Positions 34,186 to 43,315 of a DNA stretch of 61,078 bases are shown piece by piece. Positions within the stretch are counted from its first letter, which is position 1, and each line of letters begins with the position of its first letter. The notes beneath the pieces were generated by a model. The model saw only the letters and a list, made by a program, of their open reading frames with translations. It ran no database searches and was not told the DNA's origin. Made by a program: the position numbers and the translations under genes. The stretch lies in the NCBI GenBank assembly GCA_036517655.1, contig DATDVE010000019.1:1-61078 (forward strand), written 5' to 3'. The DNA comes from Minisyncoccota bacterium. Its GTDB lineage: Bacteria; Patescibacteriota; Minisyncoccia; Phycocordibacterales; DATDSR01.

Positions 34186-37100
34186 ATGCCTAAACCGCCC
34201 TTTATTCACCTACACACCCACACTCACTACTCACTTCTTGATGGCCTAAGCCAGACGGAAAGATTAGTTAAGTTGGCCAAGAAATATGAGATGCCGGCCC
34301 TCGCTATCACTGATCACGGCAACATGTATGGGGCTATTGAATTTTACAAACTCTGCAAAGATGCCGGCATCAAGCCGATCATTGGCGTAGAAGCTTACGT
34401 GGCCAACAGAACTAGATTTGATAAAGATCCAAATATAGACAACAAACGCTACCACTTAACACTGCTTGCCAAGAACGAAACTGGTTATAGAAATTTATTG
34501 AAACTAGTGACAGCCTCGCAACTAGAGGGTTACTACTACAAGCCGCGCATGGATCACGACTTACTGCGCGCGCATCATGAGGGTGTCATTGCTTTGTCGG
34601 GTTGCTTCAACGGCGAACTTGCCCGAGCCTTGCGCGCGAAAAACATGGACGAGGCCAGAAAAGTTGCGAAAGCTCATCAAGAAATCTTCGGCAAAGAGAA
34701 TTACTTCCTCGAAGTCTGGCACGACCCTTCTATTGACGGCGGCATAGAAGTGAAGAACGGGATTATCGCTCTCGGCAAGGAACTCGCCATCCCCATTGTG
34801 GGGACGCAAGACTCGCATTATCTATCGCTTGACGACAAGCATGCCCATGAGACCTTGCTTGCCATACAGACGTCCGCCGAAATGAGCGACCAGAACAGGT
34901 TCTCAATGGCCCACGGCAACTATTCATTTATTTCTACCAAAGAAGCTTACGAGAAATTCGTAGACAACCCCGAAGCAGTTGAGAATACTAACAAAGTGGC
35001 AGACATGTGCGAAATTAATCTCGAACTTGGCAAATGGGTCTTCCCCAAATTGCAACTCCCAGACGGCACCACAGCCACGAGCGAGTTGCGGAGACTAGTT
35101 GAGGAAGGGGCAATCAAGCGCGAGCTCGAGATCACAACAGTCGTGCGCGAGCGTATCGATTATGAGATAGAGATTATCAAGGGCAAAGGTTATGCGCCAT
35201 ACTTCTTGGTTGTAGCGGATCTCTTGCGCTTCGCCGCGGAGAAAAATATCTATACTAATATCCGAGGTTCGGTAGCTGGGTCTATCGTCACATACCTAAC
35301 CGGCATTACCAAAGTTAATCCGCTTGAGTACAAGTTGCCCTTCGAGCGCTTCTTAAATCCTGAGCGACCTTCGGCGCCAGACATAGATATGGATTTTGCA
35401 GACAACAGACGTGATGAGGTGATCGAGTATGCCAAGAATAAATATGGTGCTGATCACGTGGCCCAGATCGGCACATTTGGAACAATGATGGCCAGAGGCG
35501 TGGTGCGTGACGTGGCCCGAGCCCTTGGCAAGCCATACGCGCTCGGCGATCAAGTTTCTAAACTAATCCCCATGGGCTCGCAAGGTTTCCCCATGACTAT
35601 TGATCGTGCTTTCGAACTCGAACCAGAGCTAAAAAAACTTTACGACACTAATCAAGAGGTTAAAGAAATTATTGACGTCGGCAAGAGGCTCGAAGGCTGT
35701 GTACGCCACATATCAGTACACGCGGCTGGAGTAGTGATCGCGCCCACAGATCTCACAGACTTCACTCCCCTACAACTTGATCCTAAGGGCGGCAAAGTGA
35801 TCACGCAGTATGACATGTACACGGTAGAGGACGCTGGACTGCTCAAGTTTGATTTCCTGGGAATTAGAAATTTGGCAATACTAGCTGACGCGGTCGAGCG
35901 TGTGAAGAAAATTAGAGATCTTGATATAGACATCGAGAAGATTCCGCTTGATGATAAGAGAACTTTTGAGATGCTCGCTCGCGGCGCGACTATGGGCCTC
36001 TTCCAACTTAACGGCGCGGGCATGACAAGATTCCTAAAAGAGCTCAAGCCCTCAAGCATCCACGATATTAACGCCATGGTGGCTCTGTACAGGCCGGGAC
36101 CGATGGAGACAATCCCGCAGTATATCGAGCGCAAACACAATCCAAATATGATCACATATCTGGATCCGAGGATGAAAGAGTATCTTGATTTCTCATACGG
36201 CGTGCTGGTATATCAAGATGATGTGCTCCTCACGGCTATACACTTGGCTGGCTACTCGTGGCTTGAGGCAGATAAACTTCGCAAGGCCATGGGCAAGAAG
36301 ATCCCCGCCGTTATGGCCGCAGAAAAGGAAAAATTAATCAAAGGCTTCATAGAGTTTGGCAAACTCTCGAAAAATTTGGCTGAACAACTCTGGCACTTGA
36401 TCGAGCCCTTCGCCGCCTACGGCTTCAACAAAGCGCATGCGGCAAGTTATGGCCGCGTGGCGTATCAGACGGCATACATGAAGGCCAATTATCCGGCCGA
36501 ATACATGACAGCCGTGCTCACAGCAGAATCCGGCGACATCGAAGAGGTGGGGAGGATTATCGAGGAGTGCAGGCGCATGGGCTTCGAGGTGCTCACGCCC
36601 GACGTCAATGAATCATATTCAGATTTTACAGCGGTCAAAGACAGCAAAAAAATAAGATTCGGATTAAGAGGCATAAAAAACTTCGGTGAGGAGATCGGCA
36701 GAGCTATCATTCGCGAACGTAAAGAACACGGGCAATACAAAACTTATTCAGATTTCCTAACTCGCGTGCAGCACAAAAATCTGAACAAGAAATCACTCGA
36801 GGCACTAATCATGGCCGGGGCGTTAGATACTTTGGGCGAACGAGAACAGATGCTTGCAAATATAGAAGAGGCGCTCGCATTTTCGCGTGCACTGGGCAAG
36901 CAAGAAAGCAACCAAAATAGCTTGTTTGGTAGCTCTGCAGAAACCGCACCAACTTTTAAAATGCGCGAAGCAAATCCGGCCACTATGGGTGATAAATTGA
37001 AGTGGGAGAAAGAATTGCTGGGTCTCTATATCTCTGGCCATCCGCTTGAGCCGCATCGCGAGAAATTCACCAAACATGATCAGACGATAAGCAAAATTAA

Positions 37101-37362
37101 GTTACTGCGAGACAGCGAACCAGTGCTTGCGGCGGGATTACTAAGCAACATCAAGACTATTATCACCAAAAGTGGAAACAAGATGCTCTTCGGCAGATTA
37201 GAAGACTTCACCGATTCAATTGAGCTAGTCGCCTTCTCAAACACGTACGAAGAATTCAAGGATTTGCTAACAGCAGACACCTGCATAGCCGTAAGAGGTA
37301 GCGTGAGCCACAGAAACGGCAACCCCAGCATAGTAATTGAAAAAGTAAAGAAACTAGAGTGA
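34186..37362 (+). CDS. dnaE: DNA polymerase III alpha subunit
   Basis: PHP domain FIHLHTHTHYSLLDG, plus GSVAGSIVTYLTGIT, PDIDMDF and NKAHAASYG. ATG 34186 is preferred over the ORF-track start inside the repeat. Confidence 0.95.
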   Translation: MPKPPFIHLHTHTHYSLLDGLSQTERLVKLAKKYEMPALAITDHGNMYGAIEFYKLCKDAGIKPIIGVEAYVANRTRFDKDPNIDNKRYHLTLLAKNETGYRNLLKLVTASQLEGYYYKPRMDHDLLRAHHEGVIALSGCFNGELARALRAKNMDEARKVAKAHQEIFGKENYFLEVWHDPSIDGGIEVKNGIIALGKELAIPIVGTQDSHYLSLDDKHAHETLLAIQTSAEMSDQNRFSMAHGNYSFISTKEAYEKFVDNPEAVENTNKVADMCEINLELGKWVFPKLQLPDGTTATSELRRLVEEGAIKRELEITTVVRERIDYEIEIIKGKGYAPYFLVVADLLRFAAEKNIYTNIRGSVAGSIVTYLTGITKVNPLEYKLPFERFLNPERPSAPDIDMDFADNRRDEVIEYAKNKYGADHVAQIGTFGTMMARGVVRDVARALGKPYALGDQVSKLIPMGSQGFPMTIDRAFELEPELKKLYDTNQEVKEIIDVGKRLEGCVRHISVHAAGVVIAPTDLTDFTPLQLDPKGGKVITQYDMYTVEDAGLLKFDFLGIRNLAILADAVERVKKIRDLDIDIEKIPLDDKRTFEMLARGATMGLFQLNGAGMTRFLKELKPSSIHDINAMVALYRPGPMETIPQYIERKHNPNMITYLDPRMKEYLDFSYGVLVYQDDVLLTAIHLAGYSWLEADKLRKAMGKKIPAVMAAEKEKLIKGFIEFGKLSKNLAEQLWHLIEPFAAYGFNKAHAASYGRVAYQTAYMKANYPAEYMTAVLTAESGDIEEVGRIIEECRRMGFEVLTPDVNESYSDFTAVKDSKKIRFGLRGIKNFGEEIGRAIIRERKEHGQYKTYSDFLTRVQHKNLNKKSLEALIMAGALDTLGEREQMLANIEEALAFSRALGKQESNQNSLFGSSAETAPTFKMREANPATMGDKLKWEKELLGLYISGHPLEPHREKFTKHDQTISKIKLLRDSEPVLAAGLLSNIKTIITKSGNKMLFGRLEDFTDSIELVAFSNTYEEFKDLLTADTCIAVRGSVSHRNGNPSIVIEKVKKLE

Positions 37363-37365
37363 GGG

Positions 37366-37393
37366 TTGACTTTGGGTTTGGGACCGCTAATCT
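37366..37393 (+). promoter_or_regulatory. Sigma70-like promoter at the start of the GC-rich unit with no convincing ORF
   Basis: TTGACT (37366-37371), 16 nt, TAATCT (37388-37393), immediately after the dnaE stop. Confidence 0.4.
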
Positions 37394-37696
37394 AGAGATA
37401 GGCAATGCGAGGTGGTCGGCCAGTCCCGCCACAATGGGTCGCACTGGACCCGCCCCAGGCGCCGCGACGCCCCTTCTGCAACAACGATTCTCTCACCAAC
37501 CGATCCTGGACCTCTCGCGAAATCCAAAGAGCCGGCCGACCAGCTCCTTCTTCTTTCAGCAAGTAACCGCTTGACATGGAAATCGCCATCTGATAGGCTG
37601 TTTTCAGCACCAGTTCTTCGAGGACGGACCCGAACAAACCCTATATGCTTAGCAATTGCGCAAGTACGTCTGGCCAGACACGTGTAGCATCCTGCG

Positions 37697-37754
37697 CTTC
37701 CCAACTTCCCAACTTCCCTGCTTCCGACTTCCATTTTCCCTCTTCCGCGCTTCC
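37697..37754 (+). repeat. Periodic CTTCC microrepeat (7 copies, mostly 8-nt spacing)
   Basis: CTTCC occurs at 37697, 37705, 37713, 37721, 37728, 37742 and 37750. It is followed by the pyrimidine tract CCTCGCCTCCCCTCCTTCC. Confidence 0.8.
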
Positions 37755-37808
37755 AACTGCCTCACCCTGCGTTCGGGCCGTCCTCGCCTCCCCTCCTTCC
37801 CGCAACAC

Positions 37809-37850
37809 CCTCCGGTAGCCATCCTCGCTGCCGGAGGTGTTCTCTTTTTA
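37809..37850 (+). terminator. Hairpin plus T tract ending the GC-rich unit, 44 nt upstream of thrS
   Basis: CCTCCGG (37809-37815) pairs with CCGGAGG (37831-37837), followed by TGTTCTCTTTTTA. Confidence 0.5.
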
Positions 37851-37893
37851 TGGGTTCTACTTTCAAAAGAAATTTGATAAGATAACTAAACAT

Positions 37894-39726
37894 ATGAGGC
37901 TACCTCACATCCCCAATCCGCTTAAGATTCTCTCGCGCGAGCATAAGCCTAAATCTCCTGAAGAGTTGGCTCCTATGCGCCACACACTTGCGCACTTACT
38001 TGCCGCTGCCGTGCTTGAACTGTGGCCGGATGCTAAGCGCACTATTGGCCCTGCTATTGATAACGGCTTCTATTACGATTTTGAGTTCCCCACTTCGCTA
38101 GAGCTTCGCGGGGCAAGCACTAAGCCAATTACAGATTCCGATTTGCCAAAGATCGAGAGCAAGATGCGCGAGCTCTTGCCTAGCTGGATTAAATTTGAAA
38201 AGCATGAGTTAACTGCCGAGGAAGCTAAAAAAGAATACATTGGAAATGAATACAAACATGAACTGATAGATGAATTCACAAAAGAAGGTCAAAAAGTAAC
38301 TTTCTATAAATCTGGCAACTATTCTGATTTGTGTAAGGGCGGCCACGTCGAGAATCCGAGTAAGGAGATCAAGCCAGATTCATTCAAACTCTCGCACATA
38401 GCCGGAGCCTATTGGCGAGGTGACGAGAAAAACAAAATGCTCACCCGTATTTACGGCTTGGCATTTGAGAGTAAGGAAATGTTGGAGAAGTATATCGCCC
38501 AGCAGGAAGAAGCCAAAAAGCGCGATCACAAAGTTCTTGGCCCGGCTCTTGACCTATTTATGTTCCACGAGACTTCTCCTGGAATGCCGTACTGGCTACC
38601 CAAAGGCATGATAGTTATAAACAAACTTGTCGATTTTTGGCGGAAAGAACACCGAGAGCGCGGATATCTAGAAATTGCTTCACCTCTAATTAATAAAAAA
38701 GAGCTCTGGATCACTTCTGGTCACTGGGACCACTACAAAGATGACATGTTCATCTCAAACATGGGGGAAGGTGAAATTTACGGCATTAAACCAATGAATT
38801 GCCCTAACGCAATGATTGTATTCGGGTCACAAACAAGAAGCTATCGGGATTTGCCATATCGCCTATCAGACACAGACATACTCCATCGTTACGAACGCTC
38901 AGGCACACTCAATGGACTTTTACGGGCACGTTCATTTAGACAAGACGATTCACACAACTTTATCGCTGAAGACATGATAGAGGCAGAATGCGCGCGAATC
39001 CTTGACCTCACGGAGCGTTTCTATGGTATTTTCGGCCTGCAATATCACCTCAAATTAAGCACGCGGCCAGACCAATTCATGGGAGATATTGAAACATGGA
39101 ATCGCGCAGAATCTGCATTGCGTAAAGTTCTAAACGAAAAAGTTGGATCTGGTAAATACGGAATTAAAGAAAAAGATGGCGCATTCTATGGTCCCAAAAT
39201 AGACATACATATGACTGATGCGTTAGGAAGGGAGTGGCAGATGGGCACAATTCAACTTGACTTCCAACAGCCTCGCCGCTTCGGACTTGAATATGCAGAC
39301 AAAGATGGTTCTCGTAAAACTCCAGTAGTAATACACAGAGTTCTATATGGTTCGATCGAAAGATTTATCGGAATCCTGATAGAACACACAGCAGGCAACT
39401 TCCCTTTCTGGCTCAGCCCAGTGCAGGCCAAAGTCTTGCCTATTACTGACACGCAGAAGAAGTATGCCGAGAAAGTATACGACGAGCTGATCAGCGCTGG
39501 CATAAGAGCCGAGATAGATACTCGCACAGAGAGTCTGGGTAAAAAAATCCGTGACGCCAAACTCGAGAAAATCCCCTACTTAATAGTGATAGGCGAAAAA
39601 GAACAAAAAGAAAGCAAAGTTACGCTGGAAGCTAGAGGGCTGGAGGCTGGAAGCAAGAAAGAAAAAGGTGTGTCTATGAAAGTCTCAGAACTAGTAGAAA
39701 AGTTAACAAAAGAAAACCTCTCATAG
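37894..39726 (+). CDS. thrS: Threonyl-tRNA synthetase lacking the N-terminal TGS domain
   Basis: MRHTLAHLLAAAVLELWP..GPAIDNGFYYDFEF (second additional domain), class II core (KPMNCP, RARSFRQDDSH) and anticodon-binding domain. The sequence begins ~45 aa later than E. coli ThrRS. Confidence 0.93.
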   Translation: MRLPHIPNPLKILSREHKPKSPEELAPMRHTLAHLLAAAVLELWPDAKRTIGPAIDNGFYYDFEFPTSLELRGASTKPITDSDLPKIESKMRELLPSWIKFEKHELTAEEAKKEYIGNEYKHELIDEFTKEGQKVTFYKSGNYSDLCKGGHVENPSKEIKPDSFKLSHIAGAYWRGDEKNKMLTRIYGLAFESKEMLEKYIAQQEEAKKRDHKVLGPALDLFMFHETSPGMPYWLPKGMIVINKLVDFWRKEHRERGYLEIASPLINKKELWITSGHWDHYKDDMFISNMGEGEIYGIKPMNCPNAMIVFGSQTRSYRDLPYRLSDTDILHRYERSGTLNGLLRARSFRQDDSHNFIAEDMIEAECARILDLTERFYGIFGLQYHLKLSTRPDQFMGDIETWNRAESALRKVLNEKVGSGKYGIKEKDGAFYGPKIDIHMTDALGREWQMGTIQLDFQQPRRFGLEYADKDGSRKTPVVIHRVLYGSIERFIGILIEHTAGNFPFWLSPVQAKVLPITDTQKKYAEKVYDELISAGIRAEIDTRTESLGKKIRDAKLEKIPYLIVIGEKEQKESKVTLEARGLEAGSKKEKGVSMKVSELVEKLTKENLS

Positions 39727-39736
39727 AAATACGAAC

Positions 39737-39761
39737 GGGGGCAAGAGCAACTTGTGCCCCC
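39737..39761. terminator. Hairpin between convergent thrS and 39773..40135
   Basis: GGGGGCA (39737-39743) pairs with TGCCCCC (39755-39761), with T-rich flanks on both strands. Confidence 0.45.
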
Positions 39762-39772
39762 GCCCCCTCATT

Positions 39773-40135
39773 TTACAACCCACCGAGGTCGCTGAATTTC
39801 TCCTTGGCGAACCCCATGCCAAGTTCTTCGAGAATCAAATCGCTAGTCTCATCACCGAGCTCCTCGAGCCCTGCCCAGTTGAGCTCGTTCCTGTCCGGGA
39901 AATCGCCTCGCTGTGCGTATGCACGGCCCAGCGCCCACGAAAGTTTACGCATGAGACCACGATCATCCTTACTCTGTGACCCAGCTTTGACGAGCTTGGC
40001 CTCGAGGCCAATGATCTTCTGATCACGCTCTTCGATCGTGCTAGTCATCCCCGAGATGATCGTCTGGGCTTGTTTGAGCTTGAACTTGAGCCGCTTGATT
40101 TGCTCCTGCTTTCGGTCGCGCTTCGTGGCTGCCAT
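39773..40135 (-). CDS. Hypothetical coiled-coil 120-aa protein (GC-rich island F)
   Basis: ATG 40135 lies 7 nt after an AAGGAGG SD. The ORF-track TTG at 40186 is actually the -35 box. No family recognised. Confidence 0.5.
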   Translation of the reverse strand: MAATKRDRKQEQIKRLKFKLKQAQTIISGMTSTIEERDQKIIGLEAKLVKAGSQSKDDRGLMRKLSWALGRAYAQRGDFPDRNELNWAGLEELGDETSDLILEELGMGFAKEKFSDLGGL

Positions 40136-40157
40136 TGCGGGTCCTCCTTCGAGTCCG

Positions 40158-40186
40158 AATGTATCACATGCCGGCAGTACTGTCAA
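40158..40186 (-). promoter_or_regulatory. Sigma70-like promoter for 39773..40135
   Basis: Minus strand reads TTGACA (40181-40186), 17 nt, TACATT (40158-40163). Confidence 0.5.
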
Positions 40187-40295
40187 TGTCTATGAAAGCC
40201 TGCCCCGACGACGGCAGGAAATAGGAAATTCATTTTCTGGCCAGCGTCCCGGCGCTCCGAGGAAAATGCAATTTGCTATTTCCTGTAGTAACTAA

Positions 40296-42320
40296 TCAAA
40301 CGTCAACCTCTGCTAGTTTGGCGTTCGCTTGGATGAAGAGCTTGCGTGGTTCGACTTCGTCTCCCATTAGGATTTCGAATGTTTTGTCGGCTTCGAGAAC
40401 GTCGTCTATGTTTACTTGTTTTAAGATACGCCCTGCCGGATCCATGGTGGTCTCCCACAGTTCCGAGGGATTCATTTCTCCCAAGCCTTTATAGCGCTGT
40501 ATTCGGAATTTGCCCTGCTTCTTTTCTTCTGTTTCTTCGCCTTCTTCTGCAGATTCAACTTGAGGTTCCTTGCCAATTATTTTTGCTTTCTCTTCGTCAG
40601 AATATGCGTAGTTTACTTCTTTGCCTTTTGAGATTTTATACAACGGCGGTTGGGCAATGTAAATAAATCCGCCTTCTATTAGCGGCTTATAATATCTGTA
40701 AAAGAGCGTGAGCAAGAGCGTGCGGATATGCGAGCCGTCTACGTCAGCATCTGTGGCGATTATGATCTTATGATAACGTAGCTTTTCTATATTAAACGTG
40801 TCGCCAATGGCAGCGCCCAGAGCTATGACGATGTTCTTAACCTCTTGCGAAGCGAGCATCTTATCAAGCCTCGCCCGTTCTACGTTTAAGATCTTGCCGC
40901 GTAAGGGCAGAATTGCCTGTGTGCGGCGATCGCGTCCTTGTTTGGCCGAGCCACCTGCTGAATCCCCCTCTACAATAAAGAGCTCGCTCTCTTGGGCTGA
41001 TTTGCTTTGGCAATCTGCGAGCTTGCCCGGGAGTGTCATGCCCTCAAGCGCGCCCTTGCGCAGAACGCTATCTTTAGCCGCCTTAGCCGCCTTGCGTGCT
41101 CGCACAGCGATTATCACTTTGTTGATTATTGCCTTGGCATCATCGGGGTGTTCTTCCAAGAAGCCGTTAAACGCATCGCCAAAGACTGTGCTCACGGCCG
41201 TCTGGGCCTCCACAGATCCCAGCTTTGCCTTAGTCTGACCCTCGAATTGCGGGTCTGGAATCTTGACTGATATTACAGCCGTGAGACCTTCGCGCACGTC
41301 GTCGCCCGTGAACGCATCATCACCATCCTTGATCCAACTATTCTTCTTGGCATAAGTATTTAGTGTTCTGGTCAGAGCTGTTCTAAATCCAGATAAGTGC
41401 GTGCCACCCTCGGGTGTGGGGGTGTTATTGGCGAAAGAATATTCGTGCGAAGTAATATCATCCACGTATTGCAGTGCAATCTCTACTGCTACTTTTTCCG
41501 CCTCCTTCTCTATATAAAAGATATTTTTGTGTACAGGTTTTTCTGTCTGATTATAAAATGTGACAAACGAAACTAACCCCCCTTCGAAATAAAACGCATA
41601 AGATGGCACGTCTAGTTCTAGCTCGTTGAAATAGAGCACGTTCTCAAGATCTATCTTGCCCTTGTATTCACGAGCATCGTAGGCTCTAATTCTGACTTTC
41701 TTTGATAAATATGCCTGCTCGCGCAGGTAGTCAACTATGCGTTTCCAGCCATAAACAGTTTCAGAAAAAACTGTTACGTCTGACTTGAAGGTGATGACTG
41801 TGCCGTGAGCTTTAGTCTTGCCAACTTTCTTCACGTTCGCTTTCTTCTTGCCGCGAGCATACTCCTGCATCCATACTTCACTATCCTTGTGCACTTCGGC
41901 TCGTGTCCATTCAGAGAGGGCGTTCACGACAGAGGCACCCACGCCGTGCAAACCGCCCGAAACTTTGTAAGCATTCTGGTCGAATTTGCCACCCGCATGT
42001 AGCGTAGTCATAACTGTCTCAAGCGCACTCACTTTGGTTGTCTTGTGGATGTCAACGGGAATGCCGCGGCCATTATCTGCAACCCTAACTACTTCGTCAG
42101 GAAGTAGCGTGATCTCGATGTCATTTGCATAACCGCCCATAGCCTCGTCGCGCGAGTTGTCGAAAATCTCCTTAACCATGTGGAATAAGCCCTCCGGCCC
42201 AGTTGACCCAATGTACATACCCGGCCGCTTGCGAACCGGTTCAAGACCCTCAAGAACCGAAATAGAACTAGCATCGTATAGGTGCCCGCTTCCGTTCTCT
42301 TTTGCCTTATCCTTGGCCAT
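40296..42320 (-). CDS. gyrB: DNA gyrase subunit B
   Basis: GLEPVRKRPGMYIGST, GGLHGVGASVVNALS, EGDSAGGSAKQGRDR and PLRGKILNVE are present. Confidence 0.97.
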   Translation of the reverse strand: MAKDKAKENGSGHLYDASSISVLEGLEPVRKRPGMYIGSTGPEGLFHMVKEIFDNSRDEAMGGYANDIEITLLPDEVVRVADNGRGIPVDIHKTTKVSALETVMTTLHAGGKFDQNAYKVSGGLHGVGASVVNALSEWTRAEVHKDSEVWMQEYARGKKKANVKKVGKTKAHGTVITFKSDVTVFSETVYGWKRIVDYLREQAYLSKKVRIRAYDAREYKGKIDLENVLYFNELELDVPSYAFYFEGGLVSFVTFYNQTEKPVHKNIFYIEKEAEKVAVEIALQYVDDITSHEYSFANNTPTPEGGTHLSGFRTALTRTLNTYAKKNSWIKDGDDAFTGDDVREGLTAVISVKIPDPQFEGQTKAKLGSVEAQTAVSTVFGDAFNGFLEEHPDDAKAIINKVIIAVRARKAAKAAKDSVLRKGALEGMTLPGKLADCQSKSAQESELFIVEGDSAGGSAKQGRDRRTQAILPLRGKILNVERARLDKMLASQEVKNIVIALGAAIGDTFNIEKLRYHKIIIATDADVDGSHIRTLLLTLFYRYYKPLIEGGFIYIAQPPLYKISKGKEVNYAYSDEEKAKIIGKEPQVESAEEGEETEEKKQGKFRIQRYKGLGEMNPSELWETTMDPAGRILKQVNIDDVLEADKTFEILMGDEVEPRKLFIQANAKLAEVDV

Positions 42321-42373
42321 ATTTACTTGTTAATTATAGCATAATTCACCCCCGATTTCATCCCCAATTTTCC

Positions 42374-42402
42374 TTGACTTTTAGTACGGAAGGTGATACA
42401 AT
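42374..42402 (+). promoter_or_regulatory. Sigma70-like promoter for 42429..42668
   Basis: TTGACT (42374-42379), 17 nt, TACAAT (42397-42402). Confidence 0.5.
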
Positions 42403-42428
42403 CATAGGTAGAAATTGAGGGGAGAAAG

Positions 42429-42668
42429 GTGACACCATTGGCCAAGAAACTTGCAATCGTGATCATATCAGACAACAGAACCAAGAGGGCCACGGTGGCC
42501 TATCGCAACCGGAGGGCCGACGAGGCAACTTTCGACCAGAGGCCCTACGAGAGTATGGTAGAGATCGAGGGACAGACGATCACTCTACCTTTTACTAACA
42601 CATTCTGTCTCGTCACGCTCATGAAGGAAGGCGGCAAGTGGTATTTTGTGGACCGCCAAATCCGCTAG
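42429..42668 (+). CDS. Hypothetical 79-aa protein (GC-rich island G)
   Basis: GTG start preceded by a GAGGGGAGAAAG SD, with a promoter upstream and a terminator downstream. No family recognised. Confidence 0.45.
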   Translation: MTPLAKKLAIVIISDNRTKRATVAYRNRRADEATFDQRPYESMVEIEGQTITLPFTNTFCLVTLMKEGGKWYFVDRQIR

Positions 42669-42674
42669 CTAGAA

Positions 42675-42715
42675 GGCCCCGGGGAACCCCTCACCCCGCG
42701 GGCCTTTCGTTTTTT
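42675..42715 (+). terminator. Intrinsic terminator after 42429..42668
   Basis: GGCCCCGGGG pairs with CCCCGCGGGCC, followed by TTTCGTTTTTT. Confidence 0.6.
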
Positions 42716-43040
42716 ACAAATTAAGAAATTGCTTCATCTGTGCATCTAGCGTCTGAAGTACTGAACGATCAATTGAACCTACAAATTTAGACAATCGTTT
42801 TGTTGAAATAACTCTAATCTGAAATACGAGCGCGACAGAGGTCAGAGAAAGTCCATTACGTTTATTGGGTTCGACAAGTAAGGTAAAGGGGAACCTCAAC
42901 GCATCCTCATTTGACGTACACGGGACCACAACCACTGTTCCTGAAATATTAGAACTATAAACAATCGCCGGCCTTGCGCCAGCTTGTTCATGACCAGTAG
43001 TGTTTGGGAAATCGACCAAATATATCTCCCCTTTTCTCAT
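42714..43040 (-). CDS. mazF: MazF/PemK-family type II toxin endoribonuclease
   Basis: MRKGEIYLVDFPNTTGHEQAGARPAIV...VVPCTS...SVALVFQIRVISTKRL. Confidence 0.85.
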   Translation of the reverse strand: MRKGEIYLVDFPNTTGHEQAGARPAIVYSSNISGTVVVVPCTSNEDALRFPFTLLVEPNKRNGLSLTSVALVFQIRVISTKRLSKFVGSIDRSVLQTLDAQMKQFLNL

Positions 43041-43046
43041 CGTAAA

Positions 43047-43268
43047 TCAATTAGGAAGTCTGTGCTCGAAATTTGTGAGCGCTTCATCACTTAATTGTTC
43101 CCATGCGTTAAACTCTTGACTCAAACTGGTAACATTTTTTACACGCTCCAGAAAATATAGGACCGCGCGCTTCACAAATTCTCCTTCTTGCACTCCAAAA
43201 ACCTTGGATGCAAGTTTAACCCGCTTTCTCGTTTGTTTTGAAAATCTTGGTTGTGTTAGGACATCCAT
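43047..43268 (-). CDS. Putative cognate antitoxin
   Basis: 73-aa ORF 6 nt upstream of mazF, in the canonical antitoxin-first order. Confidence 0.55.
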   Translation of the reverse strand: MDVLTQPRFSKQTRKRVKLASKVFGVQEGEFVKRAVLYFLERVKNVTSLSQEFNAWEQLSDEALTNFEHRLPN

Positions 43269-43315
43269 GTATTTATATTAGCTTGTTCGTCGTAAGTATA
43301 CCACATCCCCCGAAA

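Noticed and set aside
37363-37893. Identification of the GC-rich unit with no convincing ORF as RNase P RNA, tmRNA, SRP RNA or a T-box leader for thrS
   Set aside because: By eye, neither strand has GGAAAGTCC/ACAGAA-type RNase P motifs, a tRNA-like 3' end with a resume codon, the GGAA-tetraloop SRP domain IV consensus, or a T-box GGGTGGTACCGCG sequence.
16540-42320. Inteins or introns in the large informational genes (rpoB, rpoC, dnaE, gyrB)
   Set aside because: Protein lengths are normal or short, and the conserved motifs are contiguous. No Cys/Ser...HN splice-junction insert is visible.
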